Source of the DNA: an uncultured Flavobacteriales bacterium
GTDB taxonomy: Bacteria; Bacteroidota; Bacteroidia; Flavobacteriales_C; GCA-002722245
Assembly (NCBI GenBank): GCA_905182585.1
Contig: CAJJCC010000023.1
Coordinates: 998 to 64,997 of the forward strand
Direction of reading: 5' to 3'
DNA length: 64,000 nt
A program made the position numbers and the translations under genes. Positions 40,601 to 48,949 of this stretch are shown in pieces. Below the pieces are notes generated by a model. It did not search any database, was not told the DNA's origin, and saw only the letters and a program-made list of their open reading frames with translations. Position 1 is the stretch's first letter, and each line of letters starts with the position of its first letter.

Positions 40601-43600
40601 TCCCAAACCTAATCCATAAGCCATAGCTGTACTATCACCAAAACACAAAACATTATTAATTACGCTTGGCATAACTTGCAACGAGTCGGGATGAAAAATA
40701 TATGTAATCAGAGTGTCTGCACAACCTCTAGCGTCCGTAATTGTATCTGTGTAAATCCCTTCACATAAATTAATTACCGTTGAAGATTTGGAACCAGTTG
40801 TCCAACTATGAGTATATGGAGCAGTTCCACCTCCAGGAGTAACCGTTATTTGACCATCACAGTATGCATAACAAGAAGCTTGAGTAGAGTCTTTAAAGTG
40901 GTTCCAAACTTCCGGTTCAGAAATTATAATTTCTGTTGTATCCGAACAACCATTTAAATCAATAACCGCAACTCGATAAGTTCCCGCTAATAATCCAATA
41001 GCAGTGTCATTTGTTTGATTGGATACATCATTCCACCAATATGTATACGGTAGAGTACCTCCCAATCCCGTAACAACTCCACCACCGTCACTTCCTTGAT
41101 TACAATTAACATTAGTCGTGTCAATTATAGAGGCAATAATCGACACCGGTTGTGTTACAATTACGTGAGCCGTATCTAAACATCCATTAATATCGGCAAC
41201 CTTAACACTAAAAGTGTCTGCACAAATATTATATAAAGAATCATTATCTATATTTCCATTTTCAAACCAATCATAGGTATAAGAACCTGTTCCTCCAGTA
41301 ACACTTATAAAAGCTACTCCATCACAAATCCCAGAACATGTTGATGGAACTGAGTCCTCCTCAATCGCAATAGTTGCAGGTGCGTTTATTACAACTTCTC
41401 CTGTATCGATACAACCTTTAGCATCAATTACTTCTATATGATAAGTCCCAGCCAACAAACCTGATGCAACTGAATCTAAATCACCTCCAGCATCATACCA
41501 ATTATATGCAAAACCTGGAGTTCCACCTCTTGGTGTAACTATAGCTTGACCGTTAGTACTGTAACTACAAACAACATCCGTTGTATCTGTTATAATCGCT
41601 TGTAAACTATCTGGCTCAGTTACAATAAAAGTGAACGTATCTAAACAACCTGCTCCATCGGTAACCGTATCAATGTAAGTTCCTGCGCAAATATCTAATA
41701 AAAAAGTATCTGTAGAAGCAACATTCCAGGAATGTGTATAACCAGATCCTTTCGTCCCTCCTGTTAAATCCAAACTTATAAACCCATCACATACACCATT
41801 ACAAGATGGCGTAACTAAGCTATCATTTGGTGTCATTAAATCTGGTTCTTCTACGGTTACTAAAACAGTATCCGAACAACCATTCACATCAATTACAGCA
41901 GCTTGATAAACACCTCCTAATAAATTTACAGCCGTGTCATTTTCTTGGTTAATCGCATCATCCCACCAGTACGTGTAAGGTAAGGTTCCGCCTAAACCGC
42001 CCACAACAGCAGAGCCGTCATTTCCTCCATGACAAGTTACTGCTGAGGAATCAACTGCTGATGCGATAATAGTAACTGGTTCAGTAACCTCAACTTCTAA
42101 GGTATCTATGCAACCATTTATATCAGTTACCTCAACATCATAAAAACCTGCACATAAATTGGAAGCGGTATCGTTTGTTTGGTTACCTGCATTATACCAA
42201 TTATAAAGATACGGTGTAACACCTCCTGATGGAATAACAATTGCTGAACCAGTACAAATTCCCGAACAAGTAGAAACAATTGAATCAGGAACCAAGTTAA
42301 GCGCTGCAGGGGAATTAATTACAACTTCTCCAGTATCAATACAACCATTAAAATCTTTAACCTCTACATGATAAGTTCCTGGTATAATACCAGAGGCAAC
42401 AGAGTCGTTATCTCCCCCTGCAACATCATACCAATCATACGAATACAAGGCCGTTCCTCCAATAGGAGTAACTATAGCTTGACCGTTTGCACTGTAACTA
42501 CAAACAGCATCCGTTGTATCTGTTATAATCGCTTGTAAACTATCTGGCTCAGTTACAATAAAAGTGAACGTATCTAAACACCCTGCTCCATCGGTAACCG
42601 TATCAACGTAAGTTCCTGCGCAAATATCTAATAAGAAAGTATCTGTAGAAGCAACATTCCAAGAATGTATATAACCAGACCCTTTTGTCCCTCCTGTTAA
42701 ATCTAAAGTTATAAACCCATCACATACACCATTACAAGATGGGGTAACTAAGCTATCATTTGGTGTCATTAAACCTGGCTCTTCTACGGTTATCAAAACA
42801 GTATCTGAGCAACCATTTACATCAATTACAGCAGCTTGATAAACACCTCCTAATAAATTTACAGCGGTGTCATTTTCTTGGTTAATCGCATCATTCCACC
42901 AGTACGTGTAAGGCAGAGTTCCGCCTGAACCGCCTACAACAGCCGAACCATTATCTCCTCCATTACAAGTTGCTGCTGAAGAATCAACTGCTAATGCAAT
43001 AAGAGAAACAGGTTCGGTGACAATAACATCTGCTGTGTCGATACAGCCAAGAGCATCAGTCACCTCAACACGAAACGTATCAGCACATAAATTATATATA
43101 GAATCATTATTTATATTATCATTTTCGAACCAATCGTAGGAGTATGGGGCCTCTCCACCATCAACACTGATGATTGCAATCCCATCACAAATTCCTGAAC
43201 AACTTGAAACAACTGAATCACTTGTTATTAACACATCACTAGATTGCACTAATGAAACAACTCCTGTATCTATACATCCACTTGCATCTGTCACTTCAAC
43301 GTGATAAGTACCAATCGGTAACCCAGTTGCATTGGAGTCAGTTTGACTACCAGGAGCATCATACCAGTCATAAGTATAAGGCGCTGTCCCTCCCAAAGGC
43401 GTTGTAATTGCCAATCCTGTTGAATCTCCAAAACAAACTATATGCGTTGTATCTGTTATAATCGCTTGTAAACTATCTGGCTCAGTTACAATTACTGAAA
43501 AAGTATCTATACATCCAATACCATCCGTAATTTCAAAGTTATAACTCCCTGCTGATAAACCCGTTATTGTATCATTGGTTTGATTACCTTCTTCATACCA

Positions 43601-46600
43601 ATCATATGTAAATATTGGTATTCCACCACTTGCGCTTGCTATTGCTATTCCATCAGCCGATCCAAAACAAAAAGTAGGAACAGAATCAGTATGTGCAACT
43701 ATTTTTGGTGATGTGGAAATAATTGTAAAATTAGAAGTATCCTTACATCCATTAGCATCGGTTACCTCTACACTATTTAAACCTACGCACAAATTAGCAC
43801 CTGAACTATCTATATCAGGAACTGAAGCTGTAAACCAATCGTAAGTATAAGGAAAAGTTCCTCCTGAAGGGGTTACAACAGCATCACCTGAACAATCATT
43901 ATAACATAAAATATGATTGGTATCTGTAATAGAAGAAGTAACAACTATTGGAGCTCCCACATCTATACCAGCTGTATCTAGGCAACCATTTGCATCTGTT
44001 ATTTCTGCTCGGTACGTTCCTGCACAAACGTTTTTAATCGTATCTGTAATTTGATTATCTGCATTTAACCAATCAACAAAATATGGTGAAATACCCCCGG
44101 AATATTCCGTCCAAGCAACGCCATCGCATGCCCCATAACAAGACGCTTCGAATGAATTTGCTGAAGAAATCAATTTTAAAGGCTCTCGGATTTCTACTTC
44201 AGCGGTGTCTTTACAACCTTTTAAATCTGTGAGTTCAACATGGTATAAACCTGCGCATAAATTAGAAACTGAATTAAGAACTGGAGATCCTGGAACATCA
44301 TACCATAACCTTTGATAAGTTGTTGTTCCACCACTCGCTAGAGCTAAAGCATATCCAGAACAATCTCCGAAACACGAATTATGAATGGTATCTGATTCAA
44401 TATACGCCACAACAGGCTCTGGATTTGTAATGTTTACTTCAGCTGTATCTACACAACCGTTTGAATCTATTACCTCACAATAATAAATACCCGTAGAAAG
44501 CCCTGTAATTGTGTCGTTGGTTAAATTTCCAAAATTATACCAATCATAAGTGTAAGGTTTAATTCCTCCAATTACTGTAATACTTGCGCTACTTGTATCG
44601 AAATGACCACAAGATGTTATATTAGTATTTACAATTAAACTTAATTCATCTGGAGCATTAATTATAATAGTAGAAGTATCTAAACAACCATTTGCATCTT
44701 CGATTTTAACGTTATAAGTACCAGCACACAAATTTTCTGCTTTAGTATCAGAATCACTATCTGGTGAATTATACCAGTCATATGTTAAAATTCCAGTTCC
44801 TCCTAAAGCAGAAACAGTTGCATCACCATTACATTCTCCAAAACAAAGATTATTAGTTGTGTCAGTAATTGATGATGTTAATTCTAATGCTGGTTCAGTT
44901 AAATTAACCTGCCCTGAATCTGAACAGCCATTAAAATCTATTATTTCAAATTTCCACGTTCCTGAGCAAAGATTCCCAATACTATCTCCTGTTGGTGTTC
45001 CCGGAACATCGAACCAAGTAACTGTATAAGGAAATTCACCCCCAAGTGGAGTCATTTTGGCTGTACCATTACAGTCACCTTTGCATAAAATATCTACTTC
45101 AGAGTCTACTGTATGTTCTAATGAATCAGGTGATTCTATTGTAATTAAAACAGTGTCTAAACACCCTAAACTGTCGTTTACCTTTACATGATATTCACCT
45201 GCACATTGTCCCGATACAAGTTGACTTGAAGGCGAACTAACAACATCATACCAACTATATTCGTACGGACTTGTTCCTCCATTAGGAATCACACTCATTA
45301 TACCATTACAGTCACCAAAGCAACTTAACTGAGTAGCCTCATCAATTGTTACAATTAAAGAATCTGGTTGTGTAATAACAACCAAATCCGTATCCGAACA
45401 CCCGTTAATATCAGTAACCTCAACATAATAATTCCCTAAACAAAGATTAAAAACAGTATCGGTAGACTGGTTTCCAGCATTATACCAATTAAGCGTCAAG
45501 TCGCCATTACCTCCTGAATAACTCGCTGTAGCCCAAGCATTACATAAACCGCTACATGTAACGTTTAATGAATCACTAACTAAAATATTAACTTCGGCGT
45601 CTGGTTCAGTGATTACAACTGTTGAAGTATCCACACAACCATTAACATCCCTAACTCTCACATTATAAGTACCGGCACACAAATCAGTAACTGTCCTAGT
45701 TGTTGGTGATCCAGATATATTATACCATAGATAATCATAATCTCCGGTCCCACCTTGCGCAGTTACCTCCGCCTCACCTGTACATGTATTTTTACAAAGT
45801 ACATGTATAGTATCAGAAATAGAAGATGTTAGCGCCTCAGCTGGCTGAGTGATAGATACAGGAACCGTATCTGAACATCCGTTATCGTCAGATACCTCAA
45901 CTCTAAATTCGCCTGCAGGAAGTAAATAATGATTAGCTATTGCTGGATTTGTAGGTGCATCAAACCAATTGTAAGTATAAAGTCCTGAAGAGCTTGTACC
46001 TCCAGTTTGAGTAATAGAAGCTTCAGCCACTGTATCTCCATAACAGAGAATATTTGTTGAAGATAAAACACTAGCAACTAAAGTGTCAGGTTCTATAATT
46101 GTAGATGTGATCGTATCTAAACATCCATTTGCATCCTTAATTTTTACATTATAAGTTCCGTAGCACAAACCTATTACGTCTTCTGAAGTTGGAGCTCCGG
46201 GCACATCATACCAATCAAAAGTATAAGCACTCGTTCCACCAGTTGGTGTTAAATCAATCGATCCATCACAAGCACTTTTACAGTTTACCATCGAATTTGT
46301 AGCTGACCCAGACAATATAGTTGGTTCTGTAATAGTAACTTCAGACGCAGACATACAGCCGTTGGAATCTGTTACTTCTACATTATAGGTTCCCAAACAA
46401 AGCGACGAAGCTGTGGAGTCTGTATCGCCACCTGGTACATTATACCAATCGTAAGTATACCCACCTACACCTCCAACTGGAGTTACAATTGCGATTCCAC
46501 CACAATCTTCAAAACATAAATTATGTGTAATGTTTGTTATGCTTGTAGATATTACAGTCGATGGTTGTTGTACAGTAACCGTTGATGTGTCTAAGCAACC

Positions 46601-48274
46601 ATTTCCATCAGTTGTCTGAACATTGTAGGTCCCAGCACACATATTTATTACCCTATTAGATGTTTGTCCAGTAGCGTCATACCAATTATAAGAATATACA
46701 GCTGTCCCGCCTGCTGCGTTTACTTCAATTTCCCCTGTACATAAACTGTTACATAAAACGTGAATTGTGTCAGTGATTGAAGACGTCAATACGCTTGGCT
46801 GAATTATTACTACTTCTGCTGTATCTAAACAGCCGTTTGCATCTGTTACTTTTACGTTATAGGTACCAGGTGATAAACCATTAACTGATGAATCTACTGG
46901 AGTAGATGGAAGTACATTGTACCAATCATAAGTATATATAGTCGTTCCTCCTGTTACAGCCACACTCGCAGTTCCGTCTCCAGCGTCATAACATTGAACG
47001 TCGGTAAGCGAGTCTATTGATGCTTCTAATTCGTTAGGTTCAGTTATTATAACCGATGAAGTTGATTGACAACCTCTTGAATCCGTAACCCTTACGTTGT
47101 AAGTCCCATCACATAATCCTGTAACTTGAGCTTTATCAAGTGACCCAGGAACATCATACCAATCATAAGTATAACTTGGAGAACCGCCTATAGGAGTAAC
47201 AGTTGCAGCTCCATCACACAAAGTAAAACATGAAACATGATTCGTTTCAGTAATAGATGTAGTTAAAGCAACTGGTTCTTTAACGGTATAAACTCCGCTC
47301 GTCTCTTCACAACCTGAATCATCAGTCACTGTAAATGAATAATCTCCCGCTGGAACACCTGTTGTATTTACATTGTATGTACTCCCAAAAAATAGACTTA
47401 CGGTAGAATTCGCATCTGCAATAGGGTCATCCCAAACAACGGTATAAGGGGGGTACCCACCAAAAACAGAAGTATTAACACCTCCATCTGAACCACCAAA
47501 ACAGTTTACACTATCTAAAGAGTTAAAGTTTATTGCCAGCGGTGATGGTCCATTAATTTGTAAATCAATAAAAGGAAAAGCCACTCCTCCAACATCCGAA
47601 TCTGAAATTAAAACGGTGTAATTACCTGAAGGTAAATCACTATAAGTATTCGTTCCTTGACCAGTAAATCCAGAGGGAAACCAAATATATGAAAATGGGG
47701 GAACGCCGTTGGTAGGTGTGACAACGACCGATCCGTTATCACCACAAGTAGCATCAATAATAATCGTATCGATTGTTGTAACTGTTAATATCTCAGGAAA
47801 CTCAATAGTATTTTTATAAACATCAAAAAAAGCATTTTTTCCAAAAAACTCTCCAACATTAAACGTTTTTATTTTATAATTGGATTCATTTCCAGCCATA
47901 ACAACATAACCCTCAAATTCATTAGAGAATTTAGAATTAACTTCGAATTTTCCAGTGACTAGTAAATTTGAATTTTCATCTCCTAATAAAGAAATTTCGG
48001 GAACATCAAGCAAATTAATATTCTTTGCAAACGCAATCGAATCGATTTTAAAACTAGCATTTTGTCCAAATCCAGAAGATAAATTCAAAATAACATCTTC
48101 GCCACTATTTGGTAATTCTGCGCCACTAACTCCTCCACTGGTGTTCGACCAATGACTTTTGTCGCTCCAATTTCCGTTTCCGCCAACCCAATATTTTTGA
48201 GCCTGTAAAGTTTGGCACAACGTAAAAAGAGCGACTATAAATAGTCCCTTTATAATTTTATAAATATTTCCCAA
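34634..48274 (-). CDS. Giant (4546 aa) SprB-like gliding-motility surface adhesin with T9SS type B C-terminal sorting domain
   Basis: Roughly fifty ~77-aa repeats of the SprB-repeat pattern (C.G...G.A.V...GG..PYTY.W.......D....GL..G.Y.V.VTD.NGC.DT..V.I.EP). The C-terminus 'FPDGITPNGDGLNEFW...VKIFNRWGQKVFES...WNGIKNGKKLPVGTYYYLIDL' is CHU_C/type B. Signal peptide present. The only available start is TTG at 48274, with an in-frame stop 8 codons upstream. Confidence 0.92.
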   Translation of the reverse strand: MGNIYKIIKGLFIVALFTLCQTLQAQKYWVGGNGNWSDKSHWSNTSGGVSGAELPNSGEDVILNLSSGFGQNASFKIDSIAFAKNINLLDVPEISLLGDENSNLLVTGKFEVNSKFSNEFEGYVVMAGNESNYKIKTFNVGEFFGKNAFFDVYKNTIEFPEILTVTTIDTIIIDATCGDNGSVVVTPTNGVPPFSYIWFPSGFTGQGTNTYSDLPSGNYTVLISDSDVGGVAFPFIDLQINGPSPLAINFNSLDSVNCFGGSDGGVNTSVFGGYPPYTVVWDDPIADANSTVSLFFGSTYNVNTTGVPAGDYSFTVTDDSGCEETSGVYTVKEPVALTTSITETNHVSCFTLCDGAATVTPIGGSPSYTYDWYDVPGSLDKAQVTGLCDGTYNVRVTDSRGCQSTSSVIITEPNELEASIDSLTDVQCYDAGDGTASVAVTGGTTIYTYDWYNVLPSTPVDSSVNGLSPGTYNVKVTDANGCLDTAEVVIIQPSVLTSSITDTIHVLCNSLCTGEIEVNAAGGTAVYSYNWYDATGQTSNRVINMCAGTYNVQTTDGNGCLDTSTVTVQQPSTVISTSITNITHNLCFEDCGGIAIVTPVGGVGGYTYDWYNVPGGDTDSTASSLCLGTYNVEVTDSNGCMSASEVTITEPTILSGSATNSMVNCKSACDGSIDLTPTGGTSAYTFDWYDVPGAPTSEDVIGLCYGTYNVKIKDANGCLDTITSTIIEPDTLVASVLSSTNILCYGDTVAEASITQTGGTSSSGLYTYNWFDAPTNPAIANHYLLPAGEFRVEVSDDNGCSDTVPVSITQPAEALTSSISDTIHVLCKNTCTGEAEVTAQGGTGDYDYLWYNISGSPTTRTVTDLCAGTYNVRVRDVNGCVDTSTVVITEPDAEVNILVSDSLNVTCSGLCNAWATASYSGGNGDLTLNWYNAGNQSTDTVFNLCLGNYYVEVTDINGCSDTDLVVITQPDSLIVTIDEATQLSCFGDCNGIMSVIPNGGTSPYEYSWYDVVSSPSSQLVSGQCAGEYHVKVNDSLGCLDTVLITIESPDSLEHTVDSEVDILCKGDCNGTAKMTPLGGEFPYTVTWFDVPGTPTGDSIGNLCSGTWKFEIIDFNGCSDSGQVNLTEPALELTSSITDTTNNLCFGECNGDATVSALGGTGILTYDWYNSPDSDSDTKAENLCAGTYNVKIEDANGCLDTSTIIINAPDELSLIVNTNITSCGHFDTSSASITVIGGIKPYTYDWYNFGNLTNDTITGLSTGIYYCEVIDSNGCVDTAEVNITNPEPVVAYIESDTIHNSCFGDCSGYALALASGGTTTYQRLWYDVPGSPVLNSVSNLCAGLYHVELTDLKGCKDTAEVEIREPLKLISSANSFEASCYGACDGVAWTEYSGGISPYFVDWLNADNQITDTIKNVCAGTYRAEITDANGCLDTAGIDVGAPIVVTSSITDTNHILCYNDCSGDAVVTPSGGTFPYTYDWFTASVPDIDSSGANLCVGLNSVEVTDANGCKDTSNFTIISTSPKIVAHTDSVPTFCFGSADGIAIASASGGIPIFTYDWYEEGNQTNDTITGLSAGSYNFEITDGIGCIDTFSVIVTEPDSLQAIITDTTHIVCFGDSTGLAITTPLGGTAPYTYDWYDAPGSQTDSNATGLPIGTYHVEVTDASGCIDTGVVSLVQSSDVLITSDSVVSSCSGICDGIAIISVDGGEAPYSYDWFENDNINNDSIYNLCADTFRVEVTDALGCIDTADVIVTEPVSLIALAVDSSAATCNGGDNGSAVVGGSGGTLPYTYWWNDAINQENDTAVNLLGGVYQAAVIDVNGCSDTVLITVEEPGLMTPNDSLVTPSCNGVCDGFITLDLTGGTKGSGYIHSWNVASTDTFLLDICAGTYVDTVTDGAGCLDTFTFIVTEPDSLQAIITDTTDAVCSYSANGQAIVTPIGGTALYSYDWYDVAGGDNDSVASGIIPGTYHVEVKDFNGCIDTGEVVINSPAALNLVPDSIVSTCSGICTGSAIVIPSGGVTPYLYNWYNAGNQTNDTASNLCAGFYDVEVTDINGCIDTLEVEVTEPVTIIASAVDSSAVTCHGGNDGSAVVGGLGGTLPYTYWWDDAINQENDTAVNLLGGVYQAAVIDVNGCSDTVLVTVEEPDLMTPNDSLVTPSCNGVCDGFISLDLTGGTKGSGYTHSWNVASTDTFLLDICAGTYIDTVTDGAGCLDTFTFIVTEPDSLQAIITDTTDVVCSYSTNGQAIVTPRGGTPGFAYNWYDAGGDLDSVASGLLAGTYHIEVIDAKGCIDTGEVVINAPATIAIEEDSVPSTCSGICDGVAFISVTGGTGSYTYDWFENGNIDNDSLYNICADTFSVKVADINGCLDTAHVIVTQPVSIIASIIDTTNVNCNQGSDGGGVVTGLGGTLPYTYWWNDVSNQTNDTAIGLLAGTYRVAVIDLNGCSDTTEIIISEPEVWNHFKDSTQASCYAYCDGQITVTPGGGTAPYTHSWTTGSKSSTVINLCEGIYTDTITDARGCADTLITYIFHPDSLQVMPSVINNVLCFGDSTAMAYGLGLGGTAPYSYQWGDPIIYSGDTLSNMTADTFKVVITDSFGCTDANQVIFTSPTELTTSITDTVHANCICNASAIVTPVGGAGGYTYLWNDLGFQTDSAAIGLCTGGYEVVVADINGCFDTSLVTIRDTSLFTISITDTTHVACNSICNGEAIVTPSLGKTPYTYSWSDPLITTDSTVTGVCAGVINVTVTDSEGCVRFENVMINEPDSLIGTPMFTSPSCNGDTNGVAWVGVSGGTVPYLHSWDTTSVNDTVYNVGIGTYTNTISDANGCLDTVSVLVIEPTILASSLDSVNISCNGVGNGVVWSETTGGTLPYNYQWNDVANATTDSVTGLTPGIYTAIVTDVYGCSDTDSVAITEPLLLVSSITDTSHVSCLCTGVAIITPLGGTAPYTYSWNDPLNQTDSTATGLCAGNYTVNTTDFNGCTDTSYVIIRDTSNFITSIVDTNMVSCNMMCNGSALARAENGVQPYLFTWNDPESTTDSLVNGLCAGSYTVNISDAIGCTHNLNVTITEPTAINIVLVDTNISCNGICNGSIEAIITGGTSPYSINWNDPSLPVDTTYIDSLCVGPIEIEVNDLNGCVLVENDTITEPANLVAFVNPFNHVSCFGSNDAELSTLPTGGTSPYEYSWSSGESSKTISGKGPGTYNVLITDTNNCSDFSSMVITEPNVLASSITDVKHLLCGGIGTGSATVTATGGTRPYSYSWFNTPGFQTDSTATNLPAGTYNVEIIDANGCNDTSEVIITEPTLFTNSITNSTTTSCTVCDGTAFVTPVGGTLPYSYNWYDAPGAQTDSLALALCAAVYHVEIIDGNGCTDTIQHVTTGPGGLTAGILDTTMVSCSGLCDAIAIATGVAGSAPYTYTWDDSSITLNDTLQNLCAGLYSVLVEDVNGCLATAQVAITEPDALVASLLDTSSTGCSSPCSGEASVATIGGTGNYTYSWNDWSSQTTSTATDLCAAQYTVTVIDASGCSDTAVVFITGPSNLTVAIDSIVDITCNGVCDGNAAITAQGGVGAYTYLWNDPSLTTDSVITGLCSGTTIGQVTDGNGCLAFTNVNIIEPAELLVSIGDSSDIVCNGFAEGWATVLYSGGTAPYDIVWNDGRTQTTDTVKDLVAATYTVTVTDAKGCSGQASVTLSEPITIIASTSDLQHVLCTGFCIGKASLTVSGGTIGGGYSYLWEDGQTSPGAINLCSGFQTYQVTDGAGCTLTDSVEILDQNNFTAEFSGTSVSCNGDCNGTITVTPLGGTTPYTHSWTQGSTADDLTSLCPGYYTDTVSDANGCFLVDSFEVKEPAVFITTITDSLNLKCFGSCDGKAFAQGNGGTSPYQFTWYNSSGSQVNDTAYNLCATTYYVLGEDVNGCQLEDTISLIQPSKINVSLDAQTDVSCNGTCDGAATVSANGGSGSLLFTWEDESNLLSRTALCADEYTVLITDDSLCVDSVVINLTQPDSLLASITDTSHIVCANVCDGAATVGETGGTAPYSYNWYDAGNLISSTINNQCIGIYHAEVTDSMGCKDTAEVTINDFSLLTVSVDITNISCNGICDGVAVATVVGGVEPYTYSWQSGESTDSIKDLCDGNYILTVSDFENCNAGASGMVIEPPVLTSSIIDSANLDCFGVCDGYATISPFGGTSPYIYVWNDDLNQTSYTATGLCAEIYKAVIIDNNGCKDSSNVHIDQPDSIFTTMIESQANCTNLADGSVDLSVSGGIANYSYSWTSSNGYASSDEDIENLLIGAYEVTIIDENGCTHLDTATITEVNVINANAGDDITICNEDSVLLVGTGGVLYSWSEGGSSDSNYVDPSITTEYILTVFNNGCSDADTVIVNVNGLPDVVAFTTDNLILENTTAQLTVSGAGMGAIYDWNPPIGLNDPTIQNPIVSATEGVTYFVTGTDLNGCSDTASVRIDVATTIVFPDGITPNGDGLNEFWVIQLIDEFPDANVKIFNRWGQKVFESKRYVDQWNGIKNGKKLPVGTYYYLIDLGPNQEKFTGPITLMR
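40690..43489 (-). repeat. Three consecutive ~933-nt (311-aa, four SprB repeats) tandem units inside the SprB-like gene
   Basis: The 43-nt landmark ttgtatctgttataatcgcttgtaaactatctggctcagttac (encoding VTEPDSLQAIITDTT) occurs at 41581, 42514 and 43447, spaced exactly 933 nt. Several hundred nt after the 41581 and 42514 copies differ by only scattered substitutions. The third unit is more diverged. Confidence 0.8.
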
Positions 48275-48346
48275 CCCACAATAATTAAGCAGTATTTAAC
48301 TGCGCTATCCTAAAAAATGGCGTAAAAATCACCGTTTAATTTACGG

Positions 48347-48354
48347 CAAAACTA
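48347..48354 (-). promoter_or_regulatory. Candidate -7 promoter element (TAnnTTTG) for the SprB-like gene
   Basis: The minus strand reads tagttttg, about 73 nt upstream of the TTG start. A TTG lies 22 nt further upstream (atttgcgg) as a possible -33 element. Confidence 0.3.
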
Positions 48355-48410
48355 ACAAAGGGTTTCCAAAGTACCGCAAATTAATAGTTTTTACTGTTGA
48401 TAAGTTTTTA

Positions 48411-48809
48411 TTAACTTATTTCAAGACAAGGGAATTCCGCTTTGGATTTATGTCCTTTAACCAACTGTCCGCATCTAAAACATTTAAATTCTTCCGCTAA
48501 AACTATCTCCGTTTCATTATAATTAAAGGTGATTTCATCACCTAGTTGAATTTGTTTAAGCGCATAAAAAGCCCTTTCTATCAACTGAATATTACCATCA
48601 CATTTGTGATTAATATACATTACAGGTTCTTTCACATTCACGTGAATCGAATCACTTACTTGAACCGAATAACGATTTGGTATTTTTATTTCTTCTCCTT
48701 CAACGCAACAAATCTGTTCTCCTTTCAAAAAAGATCGCTTAGAAATTAAAGACTTTATACCGTTTTCCTCCTTAACTTTTACTTTTTCATCTTCCCAAGT
48801 TGTAACCAT
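48411..48809 (-). CDS. SET-domain protein (putative lysine methyltransferase)
   Basis: 'YINHKCDGN' (NHxCxPN-like), 'GDEITFNY' (ELxxDY-like) and a Cys-containing post-SET tail (FKCFRCGQ...FPC). The ATG at 48809 (MVTTWEDEK) is preferred over the longer ORF reaching 48878. Confidence 0.7.
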   Translation of the reverse strand: MVTTWEDEKVKVKEENGIKSLISKRSFLKGEQICCVEGEEIKIPNRYSVQVSDSIHVNVKEPVMYINHKCDGNIQLIERAFYALKQIQLGDEITFNYNETEIVLAEEFKCFRCGQLVKGHKSKAEFPCLEIS

Positions 48810-48906
48810 AAACCAAGAATATATAATCTTACGTAAACAATGAAAAAAAATGGCCTTTTTTATAAACCTAAACAGCAAAATTGCGTATACTTTTCCACAT
48901 TTTAAC

Positions 48907-48914
48907 TACATTTG
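48907..48914 (+). promoter_or_regulatory. Candidate -7 promoter element (TAnnTTTG) for ppc
   Basis: tacatttg is an exact match 35 nt upstream of the ATG. A TTG at 48881..48883 is a possible -33 element (23-nt spacer). Confidence 0.35.
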
Positions 48915-48949
48915 TTAACATCGTCTAAAACACAATATTTTTAGCTCCT

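Noticed and set aside
36243-48155. Short ORFs 36243..36482, 37053..37241, 37932..38162, 39936..40121 and 47955..48155 within the SprB-like gene
   Set aside because: They lie fully inside a 13.6-kb ORF with a consistent repeat architecture, in antisense or alternate frames, and show no independent signals.
48810-48878. Longer N-terminal extension of the SET-domain ORF, and likewise 23595..23627 for PBP4
   Set aside because: The extensions are hydrophobic or odd sequences before a plausible ATG. For PBP4 the internal Met yields a normal signal peptide.
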